This document shows, in pieces, positions 48,841 to 58,502 of a stretch of DNA of 64,000 nucleotides (positions are counted from its first letter, which is position 1; the number at the start of each line of letters is the position of its first letter). Both the position numbers and the translations under genes were made by a program. The notes beneath the pieces were generated by a model that was not told the DNA's origin, searched no databases, and was given only the letters and a program-made list of their open reading frames with translations. Source of the DNA: Bacillota bacterium (GTDB taxonomy: Bacteria > Bacillota > JAAYKD01); assembly GCA_963666425.2 (NCBI GenBank), contig OY762825.2, positions 320,001 to 384,000 on the forward strand, in the 5' to 3' direction.

Positions 48841-49590
48841 TTAAGATTCCTTTGCATAGGAAATTTGCTCCAGATAGAGTCCTTCCGGTGGAGCCATTTC
48901 ACCGGTGAGGATACGCTCATCGGAAAGCAGGATCAGGGGAATCTCTTCCGCTTTTTTTTCACCCAAACCAATTTCAATTAAAGTGCCGACGATTTTGCGA
49001 ACCATGTTATAGAGAAAGCCATCGCCGCAAATGCGAATCTCAACCATTCCCTGTTTTTGTTCGATTTCCAGCGAATGAATGGTGCGAATTTTGTCTTTTT
49101 TATTTGATTTTGCATTGGAATAAACCGTGAAATCATGCTGCCCAAGAAAATACTGGCTTGCATTTTTCATTTGCAGCAGATCTAATTTTTGTTCCACCTG
49201 CATGCTGTAATATCGCATAAAAGGATTACTGTAACTTTCATTCCAGATTTTATAAAGATAGGTCTTGCTTTTGGCATTGTAGCGCGCATGAAAGCGCTCG
49301 GATACTTCTTCTACGGCACAAATGCTGATCGCCTTGGGCAGACAGTGATTCAAAAAGTGCTTGATTTCCTGGCAATTAAGGTTATCCGCTATTTTAAAAT
49401 TCGCCGTCTGGGCAAGCGCATGAACGCCGGCATCGGTTCGGCTGGCGCCAACAATTTCAATGGGGTAACCAAGCATAGCAGACAGTGCCTTCTCAATGAT
49501 ACCTTGAATGGTATTCTCCGTATTACCCAAACGCTGCCATCCTCTAAAATGTTCCCCATCATATGCAATGGTCAATTTATAATTGTGCAT
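48841..49590 (-). CDS. truA: tRNA pseudouridine(38-40) synthase
   Basis: AYDG..F.GWQ, ASRTDAGVHA, FHARY, GFLYNMVR. Confidence 0.95.
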   Translation of the reverse strand: MHNYKLTIAYDGEHFRGWQRLGNTENTIQGIIEKALSAMLGYPIEIVGASRTDAGVHALAQTANFKIADNLNCQEIKHFLNHCLPKAISICAVEEVSERFHARYNAKSKTYLYKIWNESYSNPFMRYYSMQVEQKLDLLQMKNASQYFLGQHDFTVYSNAKSNKKDKIRTIHSLEIEQKQGMVEIRICGDGFLYNMVRKIVGTLIEIGLGEKKAEEIPLILLSDERILTGEMAPPEGLYLEQISYAKES

Positions 49591-49973
49591 CGGATTTCCT
49601 TTCTTATGATCAAAACTGGATTGAAGCGCTTTTAAGAATCAGTCCTCTGCCGGTTGACTTCATACACTGTCTGCTCTGCTTTATCGCGATCCCAGCAAAA
49701 TATTCCTTGTCTGACCACCAGACGCTGCTTTGTTTTTCTCTTCTCTGGTCTCTTTTTTTTCATCTTACCCTGAAAACAGATCACTGTCAAGCAGACTGCC
49801 AGCTGCAGCGCATGCACTCGTTGAAAACACTGCCATCTCAATTCAAAAAAAAAGCCCCTCTCATATATCTGAAAGAAGCTTTTTACTATAAACCACCCTA
49901 TTACCGATCGGGATAGATGCTGTTACCGCCAAGCGCTCCTTACAGCGAAGCGTGAAAAGATATCAAAAGAAAT

Positions 49974-51173
49974 TCACTGTAAGAGCGTGACATAAACCGC
50001 GGTTAAAATCGCTGTGGTAATCACACCGCAAATGTTTGCTCCTAACGCATAATCTAAGACAAATGCCATTTTGTTCTCTTTGCTGACTTCTTTCTGAGCC
50101 ACTTTAGCTGTGGAGGGAACACAAGATACGCCTGCAATGCCGATCACGGGATTGAAGTTTCTATTTTTAATGAAATAGATAAAGTAACCGCCTAAAATAC
50201 CGCCGATACCCGAAAGTGTCAAAGCAATAATACCAAGGACCAGTAATTTAAGCACAACCGGATTGAGCAGCGTGCTGGCATCACAAAGCACTCCCAGCAT
50301 CAAACCCAGGAAGAAGGTAGCAAAATACAAGAAACCGTTTTCGATCAATTCAATATATTTCGTTATGCCGGATTCTTTGATGGCAATTCCCAAGAAGAAA
50401 CTTAAAAACAAAGGCGCCGCTACCGGAAACAGTAAGCAAAGCACGGAGTTGGCAATGACTGCAAAAATCAATTTCTCCGAGGATGTGATATTGCGTTTCA
50501 CTTTCTCTGCTTTGATCGCTTTCCCTCTCAGTTCTTTCGGAACGAGCAGGCGGATCAGATAGGGGTAACCGCCATAGGTCAAGCTCAGGTATAAGTATGC
50601 GACAATTGTAATCGGCACGAAATACTCCGGCGCTAACTTCAGGGAAGCGAACAAGACCATCGGTCCATCGGCACCACCGATGATCGAGACGGCTGCCGCT
50701 GCTCCATTGCTCAGTCCCATCAGTTTCGCAATCGGATAAGTCGCTACCGTGCCGAGTTCAGCAAATAAAGCAATCGTCATACTGGTAAAAGGGTTGGCCA
50801 GAACAAAGCCAATATCACACATAATGCCGATGCCCATAAAGACCAGGCAGGCAATCAGGCCATTGCTGAAAGTAAATGTATAAATCGGCTGCAAAAAATC
50901 AATCTGCAGATATTTCATCAGGTCATTGGTGGAAGTCAGCATGGGATTGATGATCAGGTTGCCGATTTGGTTGTTTTCCATAAATAAGACTCCGGCATTG
51001 ATGGTTGACATACCGAGTCCCATTGGAATCATAATCAGTGGCTCCAATGTTCCTTTTTTACCGAGATAGACTAATAAAAAGCCAATAAAAATCAGAGCGA
51101 TACGGGCAATGACGATTTTAGGTTCCTGCGAGAACATTGTCCCGATGCCCTGAAAAAGGTTGATAAAATTCAT
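49974..51173 (-). CDS. Na+-translocating decarboxylase beta subunit (OadB family)
   Basis: IIGGADGP, IVAYLYLSL, NPVIGIAGVSCVP. Confidence 0.9.
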   Translation of the reverse strand: MNFINLFQGIGTMFSQEPKIVIARIALIFIGFLLVYLGKKGTLEPLIMIPMGLGMSTINAGVLFMENNQIGNLIINPMLTSTNDLMKYLQIDFLQPIYTFTFSNGLIACLVFMGIGIMCDIGFVLANPFTSMTIALFAELGTVATYPIAKLMGLSNGAAAAVSIIGGADGPMVLFASLKLAPEYFVPITIVAYLYLSLTYGGYPYLIRLLVPKELRGKAIKAEKVKRNITSSEKLIFAVIANSVLCLLFPVAAPLFLSFFLGIAIKESGITKYIELIENGFLYFATFFLGLMLGVLCDASTLLNPVVLKLLVLGIIALTLSGIGGILGGYFIYFIKNRNFNPVIGIAGVSCVPSTAKVAQKEVSKENKMAFVLDYALGANICGVITTAILTAVYVTLLQ

Positions 51174-51224
51174 GATCGCGCCATGCTTTCCAGCAGGATC
51201 AAAGATGCATAAGCATTCGGCTTG

Positions 51225-51359
51225 TTACATCTTCTTGCTGCTTTTTTGAGTGAATAGTCTGATTACCTCGAGTAACCCTTTTATCAAAAATGCAATCGCA
51301 TAGGAAATACCGATACCGGTTCCCATGACTTGCAAAGGAACAATAAAGTTCGCCGCCAT
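51225..51359 (-). CDS. Small single-TM protein, probable OadG/gamma-type subunit (44 aa; absent from the ORF track)
   Basis: SD GAGGAGG; MAANFIVPLQVMGTGIGISYAIAFLIKGLLEVIRLFTQKSSKKM; directly upstream of the beta subunit. Confidence 0.6.
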   Translation of the reverse strand: MAANFIVPLQVMGTGIGISYAIAFLIKGLLEVIRLFTQKSSKKM

Positions 51360-51768
51360 ATTTTTCGCTCCTCCTCTCGTTACAAATTTGTTTTTGTTTC
51401 ATTTCTCGTTTATAGTATCATTTTCTCCCTATAAACGTCAATTGTATGTTCCGAAGGGAAACCTTATATTCAAGTGATGCAAACTTCAGTTTCCTAATCA
51501 GAGAACAGTAATATGTAGCATAGACAAGTTTATTTGTGTGATTACATATATTAGTATAATACACTATAGACAAGGTTTCACTAAAATGTTTACGGCTTTT
51601 TAGATATTTTTATGTTAGTTAATCTTATAACAGGTTCATTAAAACAAATCCCATACGTGCCTCTGTATATGTACAAAAAAAGCATCGATGGGAAATCACT
51701 CCCACCGATGCCGAGTTCGGGCAATTTCAACCAAAAAACGAACCGCCGAATTGTCGGATTCGATTGGT

Positions 51769-52920
51769 TTATGGTTGGCGTCCAGCTGACTCAAACTCAG
51801 TCAACCAGGACAGCAAATCTTTCTTTTGCCAATAATAATCTGCTACTTTTTCATCCGTATAAGTAATTTCATATTCCTGATACTCCGCCGGCGCAGCTAA
51901 ATCCGCCGTAAACCAATTGCCGCTTTGCGGGGAACCAAAACAAACCAACATCTTATGATCCGTCACATCAAAAAGCTGTGAACGCAGTGTGCCAAACCAA
52001 TTGCTATAAGCATGGCAGCACAAACCCTCCGGCAGTTTGGCGGTCAGGAGCGCCTTCAAGTCTGCCTGACTGACTTTTTCATGTTCCTGCAGAAATTGCT
52101 GAACGGCATGCTCGCGCACGGCACTGAAATAGCGCGCCTCTGGATAGAGTTTTCTATGTTGCTCGCTGCGATAGTGATTGAATGCACCAAGGGATGCTTT
52201 TTCTCTGCGGATTGCTTTGGTTGAGCTGCCATTGCTATTGAGGATTTCGACCACAGCGCATTGTCCGCTGGGATCCGCAAAGAGCATCTGCATATTGGAG
52301 GCAATCGGCATCGGTTCAATCCATCGAATTGCTTCTTCGATATCGGCACAGTTGTCCAGAACGGATCGCAGCACAAGCCAAAAAGCCAATCCTGCCGCTT
52401 CTCCCACAGAGGAATGCACCACTTCTAAGGAGTTCATCGCCACGCAGAGTCCCTTTTCATTGATTCCGTCAAATCTGCCAACTTGAAATAAAGAAAATCC
52501 GGCATGTGCATAGTGATTGGGAACGCGGGTCACACTATAGACCAATTCATCCTCTGTATTGTATTCGTAACTACGGGCGAAATAAGTATGGCCATTGTCG
52601 CTCTTGCTCGGCAGTATGGCCAGCATCGAGCAACTGCTAGGTCTTGCCTGATAAGCAAAGCTGAGATGAATCAATTGATCCATTGCCACCCCAAGCCCAT
52701 CCGCCAGACCATGTAATTCTTCAGCGACACCTGGGCACCATTGCTCCATGACGGCAAGTCGCTCAGCCAACTGCTCTGTTGTCAGCTGTTTTGAGTCTTG
52801 CGGCAGGCTGGTGAGGAATTTTACCGTTTCTGGTTTTTGCAGCAGAATTTTTCCCCTTTGCAGGCCAATTTCATAATTTGTCCCTTCCTGAATGAATTTA
52901 GCAAATGTCAGTGTGTTCAT
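51769..52920 (-). CDS. C45 family Ntn-hydrolase (acyltransferase/amidase-like)
   Basis: EELHGLADG, SSCS nucleophile, ARSYEY, DGINEKGL, NH; start at MNTLTF. Confidence 0.8.
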   Translation of the reverse strand: MNTLTFAKFIQEGTNYEIGLQRGKILLQKPETVKFLTSLPQDSKQLTTEQLAERLAVMEQWCPGVAEELHGLADGLGVAMDQLIHLSFAYQARPSSCSMLAILPSKSDNGHTYFARSYEYNTEDELVYSVTRVPNHYAHAGFSLFQVGRFDGINEKGLCVAMNSLEVVHSSVGEAAGLAFWLVLRSVLDNCADIEEAIRWIEPMPIASNMQMLFADPSGQCAVVEILNSNGSSTKAIRREKASLGAFNHYRSEQHRKLYPEARYFSAVREHAVQQFLQEHEKVSQADLKALLTAKLPEGLCCHAYSNWFGTLRSQLFDVTDHKMLVCFGSPQSGNWFTADLAAPAEYQEYEITYTDEKVADYYWQKKDLLSWLTEFESAGRQP

Positions 52921-52955
52921 TTTACTTCTCCCTTCCGATTTTCGTTGCCTGTAGC

Positions 52956-53624
52956 CTACAGGCAAGGAGCAGCTCCATTCGTTTCTTTTCGTTGAATCCA
53001 ATAACGCAGCAGTGTATGCAGCTGCTGCGGATTAGTTTTGCGCGCATCCTGCAGGTAAATTTCTTTATGTCTTAGCTCTCTTTGCTGATAACCGTTGATT
53101 TTTAGAAATTCGCTTAAGACAGCAAAAGAAACCGGTTCCGTATCGAAGGGGCCGATGTGCAGAATTTGAGCAGCCAATCCTTCCTCTCTTTCAACCAGGT
53201 GAATCTCGCTATATAGAGAATTGGGTTCTTTTTTCTGAGCAATTCCCATGGCCGCTTGCGCCACTTCGTCCGTCACAAAATCAGGTTGACCTACCATGAG
53301 CGTATATTCAAATTGAGTTTTGTTTAATTGCTTTTGTTCGGCTTGTTCTTTGATGCCCGCCGCAGTCAGACCCCAGATTCCCTCCAGCGGATAAACACCA
53401 TAATCGAAATATCCTACCGGCATGATTCCTTTTTTCGGCAGAAAACGCACCGCATAGGACAAGCTCATCAAAGCACTGACCTTTTCGGAAAATTCTACAG
53501 TATTGGGATCCCCTCTGCCGCTGATCTCGAGAAATTTTCGGGGCAACAACGTGATGATCTGTGGTTTCACACCGCTGCCGTAGATTGCTTTTTCTTGTAT
53601 TCTCCAATCATATTTTGCTGCCAT
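52956..53624 (-). CDS. GyrI-like small-molecule-binding protein
   Basis: GRGDPN, YPLEGIW, EGLAAQILHIGPFDTE, HKEIYL. Confidence 0.88.
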   Translation of the reverse strand: MAAKYDWRIQEKAIYGSGVKPQIITLLPRKFLEISGRGDPNTVEFSEKVSALMSLSYAVRFLPKKGIMPVGYFDYGVYPLEGIWGLTAAGIKEQAEQKQLNKTQFEYTLMVGQPDFVTDEVAQAAMGIAQKKEPNSLYSEIHLVEREEGLAAQILHIGPFDTEPVSFAVLSEFLKINGYQQRELRHKEIYLQDARKTNPQQLHTLLRYWIQRKETNGAAPCL

Positions 53625-53665
53625 CTGCTTGCCTCTCTTCCCCCTTTGCTCTCAACAACCTATGC

Positions 53666-54700
53666 TTATTGCTTGGCGTCCTCCCAGAACAAAGCCAGCA
53701 GTGAACCATAGCCTTCTTCTGCCATTTTGTCTTTGGCAATGAAACGCAAGGCTGCACTGTTGATACAGTAACGCAAGCCTCCGGCTGCAGCGGGACCATC
53801 AAAAAACACATGTCCAAGATGAGCGTTGCCGCCTTTGCTGCGGACCTCGACTCGTTGCATGCCAAATTTATGATCGGTTAACTCCTGAATCCGTTCCTTG
53901 CTGATGGGTTTGGAAAAGCTTGGCCAACCACAGCCGGAAGCAAATTTATCGTCAGAAGAAAATAAGGGCTCGCCGGTGGTAATATCAACATAAATACCCT
54001 GGCGGAAATGATTATAGTATTCATTCTGAAAAGCCGGTTCGGTCGCCTGATTTTGGGTTACCTGATACTGCAGTTCTGTCAGCTGATTTTTTAGTTTTTC
54101 TTGCTCCGGTGGCTGGTATGACAGCAGCGGGTCCTCAGCTTTCTCTGCCTGGCTGAATTTCTCCTTGCGGATATGACAGTAACCACCAGGATTTTTGGTC
54201 AAATAGCCCTGATGGTATGTTTCTGCGGGACAATAATTTTGCAGGGGTTGCACTTCGATTGCTAACGGTTCAGTATAGCGTTTCTGCAATTCCTGCAGGG
54301 AGGTCAAAATGATTTCCCGATCCGCCGCATCGGTGTAATAAATGCCGCTGCGATATTGTATGCCAAAATCATTGCCTTGGCGATTTTTCGCCACCGGATC
54401 GATCACTTCATAGAAGAGCTGCAAGAGGAACTGCAAGCGAATTTTCTGCGGATCATAGGACACTTTTACCGTTTCAGCATGCCCGCTGCTCTGACACACT
54501 TCTGCATACGTAATCTGGTCGCCTGTGCCGTTGGCATAACCGGCTTCGGTTGCTAAGACTCCCTTTACCACCGAGAAGTATTTCTCGGTTCCCCAGAAAC
54601 AACCGCCTGCCAAGTAAATTTCTTTGCTCGTTACAACATGCCCCGACTCGCTCTCTTCTGCCTTCTTTGTTGCTTTTTGCTGATGTCTAAAAAAACCCAT
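53666..54700 (-). CDS. msrAB: Bifunctional methionine sulfoxide reductase MsrA/MsrB
   Basis: [35 protein letters not shown]. Confidence 0.95.
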   Translation of the reverse strand: MGFFRHQQKATKKAEESESGHVVTSKEIYLAGGCFWGTEKYFSVVKGVLATEAGYANGTGDQITYAEVCQSSGHAETVKVSYDPQKIRLQFLLQLFYEVIDPVAKNRQGNDFGIQYRSGIYYTDAADREIILTSLQELQKRYTEPLAIEVQPLQNYCPAETYHQGYLTKNPGGYCHIRKEKFSQAEKAEDPLLSYQPPEQEKLKNQLTELQYQVTQNQATEPAFQNEYYNHFRQGIYVDITTGEPLFSSDDKFASGCGWPSFSKPISKERIQELTDHKFGMQRVEVRSKGGNAHLGHVFFDGPAAAGGLRYCINSAALRFIAKDKMAEEGYGSLLALFWEDAKQ

Positions 54701-54753
54701 CACATACCTGCCTTTCTGTTTACCCTGACTTTCTTGCACTTTCGAATCTCCGG

Positions 54754-55713
54754 TTAATTTCTCGACTTTCCTTCTTCTGCAGCCAACTCACACGCATAAA
54801 ATAGATTGGCTACCGCATCGTCATAATCACTAAGTCTTTCAGCTTTTTTGATTTTTTTAGCATATTTCTCCGAATCGGCAAACAAGTTGATCATGTAAAA
54901 CCAAATATCTTTCATTTTAAACAATACATTGCGATCAGCGCCAAGCGCGCTTTGGTAATCGATGTAAATGATCTCGTGAAACTCTTGCAGCAAACTCTTT
55001 TCGAGTTTCTTCCCGTCTTGAATCTCAGCCAGCAAACCCGGATTGGCAATCAGACCCCGACCAAGCATCACCTTTTCCACCTGGGGAAACTCCTGCTGAA
55101 ATTGCCTGTAAGCCTGCACTGAGCCAAGATCTCCATTATAACAAACCGGATTTTTGCTGAGCAGAAGCGCTTGCCTGAAGATCGCATAATTGGGTGTGTT
55201 TTGATAAAAATCCTGCCGAACCCTCGGGTGTATGATCAATTCCGTGATGGGGTATTTGTTGAAAATCTCGAGCAGCGCATAAAATTCTTCCGGTTGTGCC
55301 ATTCCCAACCTGGTTTTTACAGAGATGCGCAGTTCGGATTCTGAGAAAATTTCTTCTAAGAAAAGGTCCAATTCTTTTGGTTGAGCAAGAAAACCGGCGC
55401 CTCTCCCCTTCGCTACCACGGTACCGGAGGGACAGCCTAAATTCAGATTGACTTCCCGGTAGCCCAACTGCTGGAGCCGATTGGCCGTATGCAGAAAATC
55501 TTTGGCTCGATTGGTCAGCAATTGGGGAATTAAACGATAACCCTGGTTATGCTCCGGCAGCAGATCGTTGATCTCTCTCGTTCTCAGACTATCACTTTGA
55601 TTTGCAGAGACAAAGGGGGAAAAATAGCGATCGATACGATTAAAACAGTGTTGGTATGCATTGCGATAGATATAGCTCGTAATCCCCTCCATCGGGGCAA
55701 AATAAAACAGCAT
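54754..55713 (-). CDS. tRNA-dihydrouridine synthase family protein
   Basis: [33 protein letters not shown]. Confidence 0.92.
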   Translation of the reverse strand: MLFYFAPMEGITSYIYRNAYQHCFNRIDRYFSPFVSANQSDSLRTREINDLLPEHNQGYRLIPQLLTNRAKDFLHTANRLQQLGYREVNLNLGCPSGTVVAKGRGAGFLAQPKELDLFLEEIFSESELRISVKTRLGMAQPEEFYALLEIFNKYPITELIIHPRVRQDFYQNTPNYAIFRQALLLSKNPVCYNGDLGSVQAYRQFQQEFPQVEKVMLGRGLIANPGLLAEIQDGKKLEKSLLQEFHEIIYIDYQSALGADRNVLFKMKDIWFYMINLFADSEKYAKKIKKAERLSDYDDAVANLFYACELAAEEGKSRN

Positions 55714-55843
55714 AGCAGAGTATCTCCTTTCGGGGGTTCAGCAGGATCCTGATTGACTCTCTGCTTTCACTGTATAATATTACAGAAAATTTTGCCATCT
55801 GTCAACCAATTCAATGCAAATCTCAACTGTTTGCTTAGATGAC

Positions 55844-55883
55844 AAAAAGCTTCTATCCGAATGAATCGTTCGGATAGAAGCTT
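55844..55883 (-). terminator. Terminator after the TDT transporter gene
   Basis: 15-bp stem AAGCTTCTATCCGAA/TTCGGATAGAAGCTT. Confidence 0.75.
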
Positions 55884-55904
55884 AGCTTTCTAGAAAATTG
55901 CGTG

Positions 55905-56825
55905 TTATTTGACTTGCGGATGTGCAATTATGGCTAGGTAACGCATCAAGACATAGAAGACAATAGCAAGCGCGATCAGCTCTTCTGCTTTGACCAGTGT
56001 TGGTAAGAAAGCCAGCTTAATTCCTTGTTTGAGCAAAAAGCCATGACTCAATTTTAAGGAGAGAGCGGCAATCACCAAGGGAAAAGTAAAGGCAGAGTAA
56101 CTGGGATAAAACTTGAGGTGCAGCAAGCCAGGCAATTTGCTGAGCACAAAGAAATAGAAAACTTGGGAGAGCACAAGCAGAGCATAAAATAGCAACATGT
56201 TTTTCTGGTTAAAGCAATTAAGATAGCCGGCCAGACATAAAGCGCCCGGTGCAGCAAAAATCGCTAAAGTCGGCAAAGCCGGTTCCGGAATTCCCTTGAC
56301 CCAAAAGACTCTTTTACTCACAATAAAAAGCAAAACCAGGTAGCTTGCCAAAGCAAACCAGAAGGCGGCTATACCAACTGCTTGATTGAAGGCTTTGCCG
56401 GTGACCGCGGCCACAGCAATGCCAACATAAACAATAAACCAGCTGGGAAACACTTGCTTGATCTCTAATTTAACCACAAATTTCAGCGTAAAACGAATCA
56501 ACAGAACAAGGTGCAGACCAAGACCGATCAGCCACAGCAAAGCAGCGCCGCCGGCATGATACGGTTTTAAATAAGTCGCCAGCAGCATCAGACTCATGGA
56601 GTAGGTAGGAAATACAGATGCACCGATCGGTGTATTTAGTTCCTGCATCAATCCAGGAAAATCACTGATGAACTTTGCTGTGCTGAGGAGAAGCAAAATA
56701 CCGGCTAAGCTGCCGAGTAAATTCCGGTAATTGTCGCCATACGATTGTACGAGATTTCCCAAGGCAGCCAAAGACAGCATCACACCGACGATTGGCATCG
56801 GTATTTTTTTGAAAAAATCTTTCAT
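55905..56825 (-). CDS. TDT/SLAC1 family transporter
   Basis: ~10 TM segments; FPSWFIVYVG, FYPSYSAFTFP. Confidence 0.85.
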   Translation of the reverse strand: MKDFFKKIPMPIVGVMLSLAALGNLVQSYGDNYRNLLGSLAGILLLLSTAKFISDFPGLMQELNTPIGASVFPTYSMSLMLLATYLKPYHAGGAALLWLIGLGLHLVLLIRFTLKFVVKLEIKQVFPSWFIVYVGIAVAAVTGKAFNQAVGIAAFWFALASYLVLLFIVSKRVFWVKGIPEPALPTLAIFAAPGALCLAGYLNCFNQKNMLLFYALLVLSQVFYFFVLSKLPGLLHLKFYPSYSAFTFPLVIAALSLKLSHGFLLKQGIKLAFLPTLVKAEELIALAIVFYVLMRYLAIIAHPQVK

Positions 56826-56841
56826 TTCAATTCCGCCTTTA

Positions 56842-57312
56842 CTATTCAGCTTTCAAAACGCCATCTTCCAGCAAGGCTTTGGCAACCCATGCCGCCACAA
56901 CACCGGTGATTTTGATACAGTGATTCTTTCTTTCCTCGGATTTAAATTGATCACCGGACCACTCCCGGGTCAGCGCGCGGCAGCAAGTTGCCTGATATTC
57001 CTGAATAATAAAGTCATGCAAGGCTTTGGCTTTTTCAAACATTTTTGGGTTCATGGCTTCTCCGTGCACGCGGCCGTAAACAAGGCCCAGTGCCATTTCC
57101 CCGCCCGAGACTGCCCCGCACAAACACTGCGCTTTGCCTAAGCCGATGGGAAAGCCAGACGCCATTTTGACGATCGTATCGGGATAGGGTTTGCCAAGCG
57201 CATCATTGATGGTCTGCAGTACCGCTTCAGAACAGAAAAATTCACCCCGGCGGAAATAACCCTCCGCAGTCTCACGGATCTGATCCAGATATTTTTGTTC
57301 TTTCTCTGTCAT
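56842..57312 (-). CDS. C-GCAxxG-C-C family putative redox protein
   Basis: FCSEAV, CLCGAVSGG, ATCCR, HC. Confidence 0.88.
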   Translation of the reverse strand: MTEKEQKYLDQIRETAEGYFRRGEFFCSEAVLQTINDALGKPYPDTIVKMASGFPIGLGKAQCLCGAVSGGEMALGLVYGRVHGEAMNPKMFEKAKALHDFIIQEYQATCCRALTREWSGDQFKSEERKNHCIKITGVVAAWVAKALLEDGVLKAE

Positions 57313-57671
57313 GTTGAGTTCCTCTCCTTTTCAAAAACACTTTTAATTTTAGCAAGCCAAAGCAAGATTGTAAAAAAATCGATTCGTATTAGGCTGTCTT
57401 GCTTGTCGCGTGGGTTTTACCTTATGGATTATAAACCAGAACTTGGTTGGTGAATAATCAATTATTACTATTTCAAAGTGGCAATTTCATTAGCCATCTT
57501 TATGTTTGTTGGTTTCCGCTTGTATCAGAGAGAATCTGCTAAAACCATACCAGGTTTGTAAGTTATATTTTTCCTTTCTTTCAAAAAATGGCTGACAGTA
57601 TCCTTGATCAACCAGCGGTTTTTCAGCTGTAACAAACAATATTGGAGTAGAAGCAACCTACTCCTAAGCAG

Positions 57672-57712
57672 TAAAAACGATCCCCCCCTGTTTTTAGGTT
57701 GGATCGTTTTTA
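57672..57712. terminator. Terminator hairpin
   Basis: TAAAAACGATCC/GGATCGTTTTTA. Confidence 0.7.
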
Positions 57713-57736
57713 TGCAGCCAGTATTTCGAATAAAAA

Positions 57737-58474
57737 CTATGTCAAGACAGAAATCCGGTAAACTTCCAGCAATTTTCCCTTCACCGTAAATTCAACATGC
57801 ATCTGCGCAAATTCAAAGGCATAAATCCGCTGGGGATCTGATTGGTAAGAAGGACGCGGGTCGCTGGCCAGAATCGCAATCAGCGCCTGCCGATGTTGTT
57901 CGGGCACCAACTGCAGCAATTCATCGGCAAACTCCACCGTCAGTTGATCAGCTAAAACCAGATCAGAAAATCCGCCAAGTGCTTCGGGATGACTGTCCGT
58001 ATAGGCAAGATAAGGCTTAATGTCATAGATTGGCGTTTGATCGATTAAATCGGCTCCCAAAACATGCAAGATCGGACCAAGCTCACGATGCCATTCCACA
58101 CATTCCAACTTGACCGAGGAAAGGCCAAGCGCATTGGGACGGAAAGGAGAACGGGTAGCAAAAACACCGATGCGCTGGTTGCCGCCCAGACGAGGCGGCC
58201 GCACCGTGGCAGACCACTCCGAGCGCAGGCTTCGCGAAAATTGCCAAATTAACCAGAGATGCGAGAAATCAGCCAAGCCGCGGCAGGCATCCGGGTTACG
58301 GTATTCCGGCTCGAAAATAATCTCTGCTTTCAGCGTATCAATCAGCCCGCTCTGCCGCGGCACGCCAAACTTACCGGAAAAATCGGAACGAATGTGAGCG
58401 ATGATTTTCAAAGGCATTTGCACGATTTCACCTGCCTCCATGTGCATCGTCTCTTCTTTTTTATCTTTCGGCAT
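57737..58474 (-). CDS. trmO: tRNA m6t6A37 methyltransferase TrmO/TsaA
   Basis: KFGVPRQ, VRPPRLGGN, GVFATRSPFRPN, TPIYDIKPY, DPRPSY. Confidence 0.92.
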   Translation of the reverse strand: MPKDKKEETMHMEAGEIVQMPLKIIAHIRSDFSGKFGVPRQSGLIDTLKAEIIFEPEYRNPDACRGLADFSHLWLIWQFSRSLRSEWSATVRPPRLGGNQRIGVFATRSPFRPNALGLSSVKLECVEWHRELGPILHVLGADLIDQTPIYDIKPYLAYTDSHPEALGGFSDLVLADQLTVEFADELLQLVPEQHRQALIAILASDPRPSYQSDPQRIYAFEFAQMHVEFTVKGKLLEVYRISVLT

Positions 58475-58502
58475 GCTTCTCTCCCTACCTAGATTTACTT
58501 AG

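Noticed and set aside
51199-51402. 67-aa ORF in the ORF track upstream of the decarboxylase beta subunit
   Set aside because: Wrong frame; the SD-led hydrophobic ORF at 51225-51359 is the better gene call
56842-57312. Selenocysteine recoding in the redox proteins (C-GCAxxG-C-C, MsrAB)
   Set aside because: The motif positions are ordinary Cys codons in uninterrupted ORFs
57313-57670. Scattered AACC...GGTT inverted pairs
   Set aside because: Variable spacing and short length; no coherent operator or RNA structure
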